DNA of 14,862 nucleotides. It comes from a virus (lineage: Duplodnaviria > Heunggongvirae > Uroviricota > Caudoviricetes). The translations under genes and the position numbers were made by a program. The notes beneath the pieces were generated by a model. The model had not been told where the DNA came from. It saw only the letters and a list, made by a program, of their open reading frames with translations, and did not search any database. Positions 6,681 through 14,290 of the stretch are shown piece after piece. The DNA is taken from IMG/VR virus record IMGVR_UViG_2778261344_000012. One strand, written 5' to 3'. Every line of letters starts with the position of its first letter. The stretch's first letter is position 1.

Positions 6681-7622
6681 ATGAGCACTAAATTAACCGG
6701 CTATGTATGGGATGGTTGCGCTGCATCAGGCATGAAATTATCCAGCGTGGCAATTATGGCCCGCCTGGCTGATTTCAGTAATGACGAAGGTGTGTGCTGG
6801 CCATCAATTGAAACTATTGCCCGTCAGATTGGCGCGGGGATGAGTACCGTCAGGACGGCTATCGCACGGCTGGAAGCAGAAGGCTGGTTAACGCGTAAGG
6901 CGCGTCGCCAGGGTAACCGCAATGCGTCGAATGTTTATCAGCTTAACGTTGCGAAGCTTCAGGCAGCGGCATTTTCTCAACTGTCAGATTCTGACCCGTC
7001 AAAATCTGACGCATCAAAATCTGACCCGTCAAAATTTGATGCGTCGAAATCTGGCAAAAAAGCGGGTTTTCACCCGTCAGAATCTGGCGGGGATCCGTCA
7101 GTAAAATCAAAACATGATCCGTCAGATAAAAAACCTTCTCGTCCGGACGCTTCGCAACCGGACACGCAGACGGATGAACAGGATTTTTTAACTCGCCATC
7201 CTGATGCGGTTGTATTCAGCCCTAAAAAGCGCCAGTGGGGAACGCAGGATGATTTGACCTGCGCACAGTGGCTCTGGAAAAAAATCATCGCCCTGTACGA
7301 GCAAGCCGCCGAATGTGACGGCGAGGTGGTTCGTCCCAAAGAACCGAACTGGACAGCCTGGGCAAACGAAATTCGCCTGATGTGTGTGCAGGATGGTCGT
7401 ACTCACAAACAAATCTGCGAGATGTACAGCCGCGTCAGCCGCGATCCGTTCTGGTGCCGTAACGTGCTCAGCCCGTCGAAGTTGCGGGAAAAATGGGATG
7501 AGCTTTCCCTGCGCTTATCACCGTCCGTCAGCACGTACACCGAAAAACGCGAAGACCCGTACTTCAAATCCAGTTACGACAACGTGGACTACAGCCAGAT
7601 CCCGGCAGGATTCAGGGGGTGA
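6681..7622 (+). CDS. Replication initiator, lambda O-like (N-terminal HTH, internal iteron-encoded linker), 313 aa
   Basis: N-terminal helix-turn-helix (WPSIETIARQIGAGMSTVRTAIARLEAEGWL); central repetitive SDSDPSKSDASKSDPSKFDASKSGKK segment encoded by tandem 15-bp DNA repeats; gene order after cro/cII. Confidence 0.7.
   Translation: MSTKLTGYVWDGCAASGMKLSSVAIMARLADFSNDEGVCWPSIETIARQIGAGMSTVRTAIARLEAEGWLTRKARRQGNRNASNVYQLNVAKLQAAAFSQLSDSDPSKSDASKSDPSKFDASKSGKKAGFHPSESGGDPSVKSKHDPSDKKPSRPDASQPDTQTDEQDFLTRHPDAVVFSPKKRQWGTQDDLTCAQWLWKKIIALYEQAAECDGEVVRPKEPNWTAWANEIRLMCVQDGRTHKQICEMYSRVSRDPFWCRNVLSPSKLREKWDELSLRLSPSVSTYTEKREDPYFKSSYDNVDYSQIPAGFRG
6984..7133. repeat. Putative origin of replication: iterons inside the O-like gene
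   Basis: Five tandem 15-bp units of the form TCAAAATCTGAC-NNN (6984..7058), then three spaced CCGTCAGA/TAAAA-type copies (7073..7133), followed by A/T-rich tracts. This is a lambda-ori-like architecture. Confidence 0.6.
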
Positions 7623-7624
7623 TC

Positions 7625-8113
7625 ATGAGTCTTTTGAATGAAGTTCAGAAATTCATTGAAGCCCATCCGGGATGTACTTCCGGAGACATTGCGGATGCTT
7701 TTGCAGGTTACTCACGGCAGCGCGTTCTGCAGTCAGCAAGCAAGTTACGTCAGAGTGGGCGTGTGGCTCACCGTTGTGAAGGAGATACACGCAGACATTT
7801 CCCGCGCCTGACTGAGAGAGCGCAGGAACCGGAACCACAACCAGTTCGAGAAACCAGACCTGTGCGCAATTTCTATGTCGGCACTAACGATCCACGGGTG
7901 ATTTTGTGCCTGACCCGCCAGGCTGAAGAACTGGAGTCCAGGGGCTTATACCGTCGTGCTGCAACGGTGTGGATGGCGGCATTCCGTGAAAGCCACTCCC
8001 AGCCAGAACGAAACAATTTTCTGGCGCGTCGTGAGCGGTGCTTACGGAAAAGCAGCAAGCGCGCTGCATCGGGTGAAGAGTGGTATCTGTCAGGGAATTA
8101 CGTGGGGGCTTAA
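7625..8113 (+). CDS. Hypothetical protein with probable N-terminal winged-helix, 162 aa (in the helicase-loader position)
   Basis: ATG 7625 preceded by AGGGGG; overlaps the O-like stop; Arg-rich C-terminal half. No recognisable P/DnaC-type loader motifs could be seen by eye. Confidence 0.5.
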   Translation: MSLLNEVQKFIEAHPGCTSGDIADAFAGYSRQRVLQSASKLRQSGRVAHRCEGDTRRHFPRLTERAQEPEPQPVRETRPVRNFYVGTNDPRVILCLTRQAEELESRGLYRRAATVWMAAFRESHSQPERNNFLARRERCLRKSSKRAASGEEWYLSGNYVGA

Positions 8114-8766
8114 TGAGTAATAAATATTGCCAGGCGCTGGTGGAACTGCGGAACAAACCAGCCCATGAACTGAAGGAAGTGGGCGATCAGTGGCGCACGC
8201 CGGACAACATTTTCTGGGGAATTAACACCCTGTTTGGCCCGTTTGTTCTGGATCTGTTTACTGACGGTGATAACGCCAAATGTGCCGCGTATTACACGGC
8301 GGAAGATAACGCGCTGGCGCATGACTGGTCAGAACGTCTTGCGGAGCTTAAAGGTGCTGCCTTTGGTAATCCCCCATACAGCCGCGCCAGTCAGCATGAG
8401 GGGCAATACATCACCGGCATGCGTTACATCATGAAACATGCCAGTGCCATGCGTGATAAGGGCGGGCGCTATGTTTTCCTGATCAAAGCTGCCACCAGCG
8501 AAGTGTGGTGGCCGGAAGATGCGGACCATATTGCTTTTATTCGCGGGCGTATTGGTTTTGAACTGCCTGCCTGGTTTATCCCGAAGGATGAGAAGCAGGT
8601 GCCGACAGGCGCTTTCTTCGCTGGTGCTATTGCTGTTTTCGACAAGACCTGGAAGGGACCGGCAATCAGCTACATCGGGCGCGATGAACTTGAGGCATGT
8701 GGTGAGGCCTTTCTGGCGCAGGTTCGCCAGCAGGCGGAAAAACTGGTCAGGGAGATGGCGGCATGA
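8113..8766 (+). CDS. Phage-type DNA N6-adenine methyltransferase (Dam-like), 217 aa
   Basis: Contains the NPPY catalytic motif (FGNPPYS) in a context typical of phage orphan Dam methylases; the start overlaps the upstream stop (TAATG). Confidence 0.7.
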   Translation: MSNKYCQALVELRNKPAHELKEVGDQWRTPDNIFWGINTLFGPFVLDLFTDGDNAKCAAYYTAEDNALAHDWSERLAELKGAAFGNPPYSRASQHEGQYITGMRYIMKHASAMRDKGGRYVFLIKAATSEVWWPEDADHIAFIRGRIGFELPAWFIPKDEKQVPTGAFFAGAIAVFDKTWKGPAISYIGRDELEACGEAFLAQVRQQAEKLVREMAA

Positions 8767-9089
8767 CGACGTTAACTCAATGCCAGCAGCAGGTGCTGGA
8801 TATGCTGATTTCTTACCAGCAAGAACGTGGCTTTCCGCCAACCAATCAGGAGGTGGCAACCATGCTGGGATACCGTTCGGTGAATGCAGCGGTGGAGCAT
8901 CTTCGCGCACTGGAGAAAAAAGGCGTCATCACGATAAAGCGTGGCGTGGCCCGGGGGATAACTCTTCATACCGCGGTGAAGGACGACGACAGCGAGGCGG
9001 TCGGGATTATCCGCGCACTGCTTGCCGGTGAGGAAAACGCCAGGCTGCGTGCAGCCCACTGGTTACATGAGAGGGGCCTGAAAGTATGA
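8763..9089 (+). CDS. LexA N-terminal DNA-binding-domain protein lacking the S24 protease domain, 108 aa
   Basis: MTTLTQCQQQVLDMLISYQQERGFPPTNQEVATMLGYRSVNAAVEHLRALEKKGVI closely parallels the LexA winged-HTH domain; the ORF ends at 108 aa with no peptidase motifs. Confidence 0.6.
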   Translation: MTTLTQCQQQVLDMLISYQQERGFPPTNQEVATMLGYRSVNAAVEHLRALEKKGVITIKRGVARGITLHTAVKDDDSEAVGIIRALLAGEENARLRAAHWLHERGLKV

Positions 9090-9475
9090 AGCTGATCTTG
9101 CCTTTCCCTCCCAGCGTGAACACGTACTGGCGACACCCCAACAAAGGGGCGTTTGCTGGTAAGAGTCTGATAAGCGCAGCGGGGCGCAAATTCCAGAGCG
9201 CGGCGTGCGCAGCAATAGTTGAGCAGTTACGTCGTCTGCCGAAACCAACGTCGGCACCTGCTTCAGTGGAGATCGTGTTGTTTCCTCCGGATAACCGGAT
9301 CCGCGATCTGGACAACTATAACAAGGCGCTGTTTGACGCCCTGACCCATGCGGGTGTGTGGGAAGACGACAGTCAGGTGAAAAGAATGCTGGTGGAGTGG
9401 GGACCGGTTATCCCGAAAGGGAAGGTCGAGATCACTATCAGTAAGTACGAGAAAACGGCGGGTGCAGCCGCCTGA
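9086..9475 (+). CDS. rusA: RusA-family Holliday junction resolvase, 129 aa
   Basis: Size and motifs (N-terminal LPFPPSVNTYWRH, conserved DLDNYNKALFDALT acidic block) match the RusA family. Confidence 0.8.
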   Translation: MKLILPFPPSVNTYWRHPNKGAFAGKSLISAAGRKFQSAACAAIVEQLRRLPKPTSAPASVEIVLFPPDNRIRDLDNYNKALFDALTHAGVWEDDSQVKRMLVEWGPVIPKGKVEITISKYEKTAGAAA

Positions 9476-9494
9476 TCAAGAGGAGAAACGAAGT

Positions 9495-10304
9495 ATGAAT
9501 AATCTGATGGTCATTGATGGTATTGAAGTTCGTCGTGATGCTTATGGGCGTTACAGCCTGAACGATCTGCATCGCGCAGCAGTAGCATCTGGTGCAAATG
9601 CCAGAACCAAGGAGCCGGGAAAGTTTCTTTCCAGCCAACAAACTGTTGAGCTTGTTCATGAATTGACCAACACCCAGAATTTGGGTGTTGACCCGGTGAG
9701 TGTGATTCATGGGGGAAATGAACGGGGAACGTATGTCTGCAAGGAACTGGTGTATGCCTATGCAATGTGGATCAGCCCGTCATTCCATCTGAAGGTGATC
9801 CGTACTTTCGATATGGTAACCAGCGCACCGGAAAAATTATCCGGACAGGCTGCTGACAAGATGCAGGCTGGCGTGATCCTGCTGGACTTTATGCGCCGGG
9901 AGTTAAACCTGTCTAACTCTTCAGTGCTTGGTGCCTGTCAGAAACTCCAGGAGGCTGTTGGCTTACCGAATCTGGCACCGCGCTATGCCATTGATGCTCC
10001 TGCTGATGCACACGATGGCTCAAGTCGCCCGACACTGTCACTGAGTGCACTGCTGAAACAGTATGGTATACGCCTGACGGCTAATCAGGCATATCACCAG
10101 ATGGTGAAACTGGGGATCGTCGAGCAGCGCGAACGATACAGCCGTACAGCGATTAACAACATCAAAAAATTCTGGTCGCTGACAGCGAAAGGTTGCATGT
10201 TCGGCAAGAACATCACCAGTCCCGCAAATCCGCGCGAGACGCAGCCGCATTTCTTCGAATCCCGATTCCCTGAGCTGTTAAAGCTGCTCGATACCGTTCA
10301 TTGA
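9495..10304 (+). CDS. KilA-N domain protein (antirepressor-like), 269 aa
   Basis: The N-terminus LMVIDGIEVRRDAYGRYSLNDLHRAA matches the KilA-N domain pattern; ATG 9495 is preceded by GAGGAG. The track's upstream start at 9462 lacks an RBS. Confidence 0.65.
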   Translation: MNNLMVIDGIEVRRDAYGRYSLNDLHRAAVASGANARTKEPGKFLSSQQTVELVHELTNTQNLGVDPVSVIHGGNERGTYVCKELVYAYAMWISPSFHLKVIRTFDMVTSAPEKLSGQAADKMQAGVILLDFMRRELNLSNSSVLGACQKLQEAVGLPNLAPRYAIDAPADAHDGSSRPTLSLSALLKQYGIRLTANQAYHQMVKLGIVEQRERYSRTAINNIKKFWSLTAKGCMFGKNITSPANPRETQPHFFESRFPELLKLLDTVH

Positions 10305-10305
10305 G

Positions 10306-11301
10306 GTGACCGTGAGAGCACTACTGACCCCTGAAATTGCCCCGCGTATGGGGATCGTATTGTTCAGGCCAGGTTCAGAGCTGATGCCCCTGTTTATGCA
10401 GGGGCGTGTCCTGCTGGAGCCTGAGCCGGAGCGTTATTCATCTTTCGCCAGTGGTGCCGTTCCGGCGGCATCACAACCGCTGGCGGATGATCCTGCCGTT
10501 CGGGCCGTGTTCCGCAATGAGGCAGTGATCCGTCGTGCTGGTGGCGTGGAATGTCTTGAAAGCTGGTTACTTCGTGAAAAAGGCTGCCAGTGGCCTCATT
10601 CCGACTGGCACAGCGAGAACATGACCACAATGCGACACGCTCCGGGTGCAATCCGTCTGTGCTGGCACTGCGATAACCAGCTGCGCGATCAGTTCACGGA
10701 ACGGCTGGAATCAATGGCAACGGATAACTGTGCCCGCTGGGTGTTGTCTGTTGTGCGTCGGGATCTCGGTTTTGATGACAGTCACGTTGTGACAATGCCG
10801 GAACTGTGCTGGTGGCTGATTCGTAATGATCTGGCGGATGCCTTACCGGAAAGTGCAGCCCGTAAGGCACTGAGATTACCGAAGCCTGTTGTGCCGTCTG
10901 TTACCCGGGAAAGTGACCTTGTGCCTTCGGTTCCTGCCACCAGCATCATCCAGGATAAGGCGAAAAAGGTGCTGGCGCTGAAAGTGGATCCGGAGTCGCC
11001 GGAGTCTTTTATGTTACGCCCAAAACGTCGCCGCTGGGTTAATGAAAAGTACACGCGCTGGGTTAAGACACAGCCGTGTGCATGTTGTGGAAAGCCAGCT
11101 GATGATCCGCATCATCTGATAGGCCATGGTCAGGGTGGAATGGGTACAAAAGCGCATGACCTTTTTGTGCTGCCTTTGTGCAGAAAACACCACGACGAAC
11201 TGCATGCGGATACCGTGGCATTTGAAGAGAAGTATGGCTCCCAGCTGGAGCTGATATTTCGTTTTATCGATCGCGCACTGGCGATTGGTGTGCTGGCCTG
11301 A
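10306..11301 (+). CDS. DUF968-like prophage protein with C-terminal Cys/His (HNH-like) motif, 331 aa
   Basis: C-terminal [21 protein letters not shown]...CRKHHDELH resembles an HNH/zinc-binding motif; the size and position resemble DUF968 proteins of E. coli prophages (from memory). The GTG start at 10306 is uncertain. Confidence 0.55.
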   Translation: MTVRALLTPEIAPRMGIVLFRPGSELMPLFMQGRVLLEPEPERYSSFASGAVPAASQPLADDPAVRAVFRNEAVIRRAGGVECLESWLLREKGCQWPHSDWHSENMTTMRHAPGAIRLCWHCDNQLRDQFTERLESMATDNCARWVLSVVRRDLGFDDSHVVTMPELCWWLIRNDLADALPESAARKALRLPKPVVPSVTRESDLVPSVPATSIIQDKAKKVLALKVDPESPESFMLRPKRRRWVNEKYTRWVKTQPCACCGKPADDPHHLIGHGQGGMGTKAHDLFVLPLCRKHHDELHADTVAFEEKYGSQLELIFRFIDRALAIGVLA

Positions 11302-11318
11302 TTTTGTGGAGAAAGTTA

Positions 11319-11702
11319 ATGTGTGATATTCAGATGGTTCTTGAACGTTGGGGAGCGTGGGCGGCTAATAATCATGAAGATGTGACCTGGTCGTCCATTG
11401 CCGCCGGTTTTAAGGGATTAATTCCTTCAAAAGTAAAATCTCGCCCGCAATGTTGTGACGATGACGCGATGATCATTTGCGGGTGCATGGCCCGTCTGAA
11501 AAAGAACAACAGCGATTTGCACGATTTATTAGTAGATTATTATGTAGTCGGTATGACATTCATGTCACTGGCAGGTAAGCATTGCTGCTCTGATGGTTAT
11601 ATCGGGAAAAGGTTACAGAAGGCTGAGGGCATAATTGAAGGGATGTTAATGGCATTAGATATCCGGTTAGAGATGGATATCGTTGTTAATAACTCTAATT
11701 AA
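11319..11702 (+). CDS. Q: Late-gene antiterminator Q (Phage_antitermQ family), 127 aa
   Basis: Sequence [26 protein letters not shown]... with Cys-rich [17 protein letters not shown] matches my recollection of Q proteins from E. coli lambdoid and Stx phages. ATG 11319 is preceded by GGAGAAAG, and a hairpin-rich leader follows. Confidence 0.7.
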   Translation: MCDIQMVLERWGAWAANNHEDVTWSSIAAGFKGLIPSKVKSRPQCCDDDAMIICGCMARLKKNNSDLHDLLVDYYVVGMTFMSLAGKHCCSDGYIGKRLQKAEGIIEGMLMALDIRLEMDIVVNNSN

Positions 11703-11724
11703 TATGCCAATTGTTTACTGAAAG

Positions 11725-11754
11725 TTATTAAAAATGGGGCGTTGCAACGCCCCC
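11725..11754 (-). terminator. Rho-independent terminator (minus strand) ending the porin/sRNA transcript
   Basis: Perfect palindrome GGGGCGTTGCAACGCCCC (11736..11753) followed on the minus strand by ATTTTTAATAA. Confidence 0.5.
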
Positions 11755-11890
11755 AAAAATAAAGGGTAATATATAACAGAAGGTTTATATAGTTAGAAGC
11801 AAGGTTGTGCTCCTAAAGGAAGTGGCTTGAGGGAGCCACTTATATGTTGGGGAGGCAACGCCTCCCGCAACATATCTTTTTCGTAATCAG
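11755..11890 (-). ncRNA. Candidate IpeX-like small RNA in the porin 3' region
   Basis: About 165 nt between the porin stop (11892) and the minus-strand terminator at 11725..11754, containing the stable hairpin AAGTGGCT/AGCCACTT (11820..11841). Position and length match my recollection of IpeX downstream of nmpC in DLP12; sequence identity not verified. Confidence 0.3.
11842..11883 (+). terminator. Plus-strand Rho-independent terminator (tR'-like) downstream of Q
   Basis: ATATGTTG-GGGAGGC-AAC-GCCTCCC-(G)-CAACATAT, a roughly 15-bp stem, followed by CTTTTTCG; lies about 140-180 nt downstream of the Q stop, as expected for a Q-antiterminated late leader. Confidence 0.55.
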
Positions 11891-11891
11891 A

Positions 11892-12989
11892 TTAGAACTG
11901 GTAAACCAGACCTACAGCAACGATGTCATCAGTGCTTACACCGAGTGCTTTAGTGAAGTCATTTTTGTCAAGCAGGTTGATTTTGTAATCAACGAAAGTA
12001 GACATATTTTTGTTGAAGTAATAGGTTGCACCTACATCAACATATTTGACTAAGTCCTGATCGCCCCATACTCCAAGATCCTTACCTTTAGATTGCAGGT
12101 AAGCAACGGACGGACGCAGACCGAAATCGAACTGATATTGTGCAACAGCTTCGAAGTTTTGAGCTTTATTAGCAACGAAGTGATCAGCAAATACAGTCAT
12201 ATTCTGGGTTTCAGAATAGGTAGTGGCCAGGTAAATGTTGTTAGCGTCATATTTCAGACCTGCGGCCCAAACTTCTGCATTTTTACCGGAAGCAAATACT
12301 TCAGGAAGAACTTTCCCTGCATTAACTTGAGTGTCGGTACGATCAGATTTCGCATAAGTTGCACCGATACCGAATCCTTCGTATTCATAGGTAGCAGAGA
12401 AACCGAAGCCATCACCGTTACCTTCGGTGTAGTTATCGAAATCGCTACGATCGTTTTTGCCTTGGTACTGAGCAGCAAAGTTCAGACCATCAACCAGACC
12501 AAAGAAGTCGTTGTTACGATAGGTTGCAACACCAGTGGTGCGACCAGTCATGAACACATCTGTTTGGGTCCAGGTATCGCCACCGAATTCTGGCAGAACG
12601 TCAGTCCACGCACCGATGTCGTATGCTACACCGTAGTTACGGCCGTAATCGATTGAGCCGTAGTCACCGAATTTCAGGCCTGCAAATGCAAGACGGGTTT
12701 TGTCTTTGGAGGAACCTTGAGATTCAGCGCGGTTGCCTTTGAATTCATATTCCCACTGACCGAAACCAGTCAGCTGATCGTTGATTTGGGTTTCGCCTTT
12801 GAAGCCCAGACGAACATAAGTAGTATCACCATCATCTGCATCGTTAGAGGAAAAGTAGTGCTTGGCATTAACTTTCCCGTACAGATCCAGCTTGTTACTG
12901 TCTTTATTATAAATTTCAGCTGCCTGAGCAGACATCGCCATCAGTACTGATGCAGCTACAGCAGAAATTGCCACTGTTAATTTTTTCAT
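11892..12989 (-). CDS. nmpC: OmpC/NmpC-family general porin (phage lysogenic-conversion porin), 365 aa, with signal peptide
   Basis: Signal peptide [23 protein letters not shown] followed by [16 protein letters not shown], and C-terminal ...VGLVYQF with terminal Phe, are classic OmpC-family features. Located between Q and the lysis genes on the opposite strand, as nmpC is in DLP12. Confidence 0.9.
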   Translation of the reverse strand: MKKLTVAISAVAASVLMAMSAQAAEIYNKDSNKLDLYGKVNAKHYFSSNDADDGDTTYVRLGFKGETQINDQLTGFGQWEYEFKGNRAESQGSSKDKTRLAFAGLKFGDYGSIDYGRNYGVAYDIGAWTDVLPEFGGDTWTQTDVFMTGRTTGVATYRNNDFFGLVDGLNFAAQYQGKNDRSDFDNYTEGNGDGFGFSATYEYEGFGIGATYAKSDRTDTQVNAGKVLPEVFASGKNAEVWAAGLKYDANNIYLATTYSETQNMTVFADHFVANKAQNFEAVAQYQFDFGLRPSVAYLQSKGKDLGVWGDQDLVKYVDVGATYYFNKNMSTFVDYKINLLDKNDFTKALGVSTDDIVAVGLVYQF

Positions 12990-13480
12990 CGTGAGCCCTT
13001 TTTTTTGAACTATTATTAAAAAATGATGTCACTGCGCGATAAATATTCATCTAATCAATGTGATTATTTCAAGATGTAAGTTTTAGTTTCTCATTTAATT
13101 TGTGAAGTAGATCTCTATTTTTATCTGAACTTTTTCTATCGAAACCTATTTATGGCTCTTATTTGAACAAAAATAAATCTATTAGCTAATTTATATTAAT
13201 GGCTGTTATTTATGGTGGTTCTATAATTCGTCTGTTTAATTTAAACCGGCTAAAAATAACACTGAAAATTATTTATTGGTTATTTGTTGAGGTTTTCTTA
13301 TGTATTTGTGGTGATGTTTTGAACACTCGGTAGCATTCTCATAAATATCATTCAGTGGTTTACGTACGTAAAAAATTGGTTATGCTGTTAAGAGTGGTTA
13401 CTTCGTCACACAGCTTAAACCCGCCGTCGAGCTGGTTTTTCCATTTTTTGAGTCTCGATATTAGCTGATAACTCAATACC
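12990..13480. promoter_or_regulatory. Long AT-rich upstream region of the porin gene (promoter and likely nucleoid-protein-bound regulatory region)
   Basis: About 500 bp of strongly AT-rich sequence with poly-A/T tracts and no credible ORF, immediately upstream of the porin start (12989). Confidence 0.4.
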
Positions 13481-13577
13481 TGAGTTATTCACTGACTCGG
13501 AGTCAGTTACGTTTCTGCTTTTTTGCGATACGTTGTATTCCCTCAATTTACACCCGCTTTGTCTGCGAGGTGGGGTT

Positions 13578-13793
13578 ATGAAATTCATGGATAAGTTAAC
13601 AACTGGAGTCGCCTATGGCACCTCAGCAGGTAGTGCCGGTTACTGGTTTTTACAGCTGCTCGATAAAGTCACTCCCTCACAGTGGGCAGCAATAGGTGTG
13701 CTGGGTAGCCTGGTATTTGGCCTGCTGACGTACCTGACAAACCTTTATTTCAAGATTAAAGAAGATAAGCGCAAGGCTGCGAGAGGTGAATAA
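13578..13793 (+). CDS. S: Class II pinholin (phage 21 S-like) with dual-start motif, 71 aa
   Basis: [71 protein letters not shown]: two transmembrane segments, charged C-terminus, and Met1/Met4 dual starts. RBS GAGGTGGGG precedes the ATG. Confidence 0.8.
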
Positions 13794-14290
13794 TGCCTCC
13801 ATCATTACGAAAAGCCGTTGCTGCTGCTATTGGTGGCGGAGCAATTGCTATAGCATCAGTGTTAATCACTGGCCCAAGTGGTAACGATGGTCTGGAAGGT
13901 GTCAGCTACATACCATACAAAGATATTGTTGGTGTATGGACTGTATGTCACGGACACACCGGAAAAGACATCATGCTCGGTAAAACGTATACCAAAGCAG
14001 AATGCAAAGCACTCTTGAATAAAGACCTTGCCACTGTCGCCAGACAAATTAACCCGTATATCAAAGTTGATATACCGGAAACAACGCGCGGCGCTCTTTA
14101 CTCATTCGTTTACAATGTGGGTGCTGGCAATTTTAGAACATCGACGCTTCTTCGCAAAATAAACCAGGGCGATATCAAAGGCGCATGTGATCAGCTGCGT
14201 CGCTGGACATACGCTGGCGGTAAGCAATGGAAAGGCCTGATGACTCGTCGTGAGATTGAGCGTGAAGTCTGTTTGTGGGGGCAACAGTGA
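13793..14290 (+). CDS. R: SAR endolysin (T4-lysozyme-like, phage 21 R-type), 165 aa
   Basis: N-terminal Gly/Ala-rich signal-anchor-release segment ([20 protein letters not shown]) followed by a lysozyme-like domain; the start overlaps the holin stop. Confidence 0.85.

Noticed and set aside
7070-7412. Minus-strand ORFs (89 aa and 74 aa) and plus-strand ORF 6922..7104 inside the O-like gene
   Set aside because: Generated by the iteron repeats and antisense frames of a well-supported CDS.
8329-9315. Several minus-strand and alternative-frame ORFs (8329..8910, 8519..9031, 8772..9059, 9007..9315) across the methyltransferase, LexA-like and RusA genes
   Set aside because: The plus-strand genes are tightly coupled and have recognisable motifs; the overlapping ORFs are Arg/Gly-rich shadow frames in GC-rich coding DNA.
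12093-12656. 187-aa plus-strand ORF and other ORFs (11844..12053, 12254..12478, 12717..12950) overlapping the porin gene
   Set aside because: The porin frame is unambiguous (signal peptide, C-terminal Phe); the overlapping ORFs are antisense or shadow frames.
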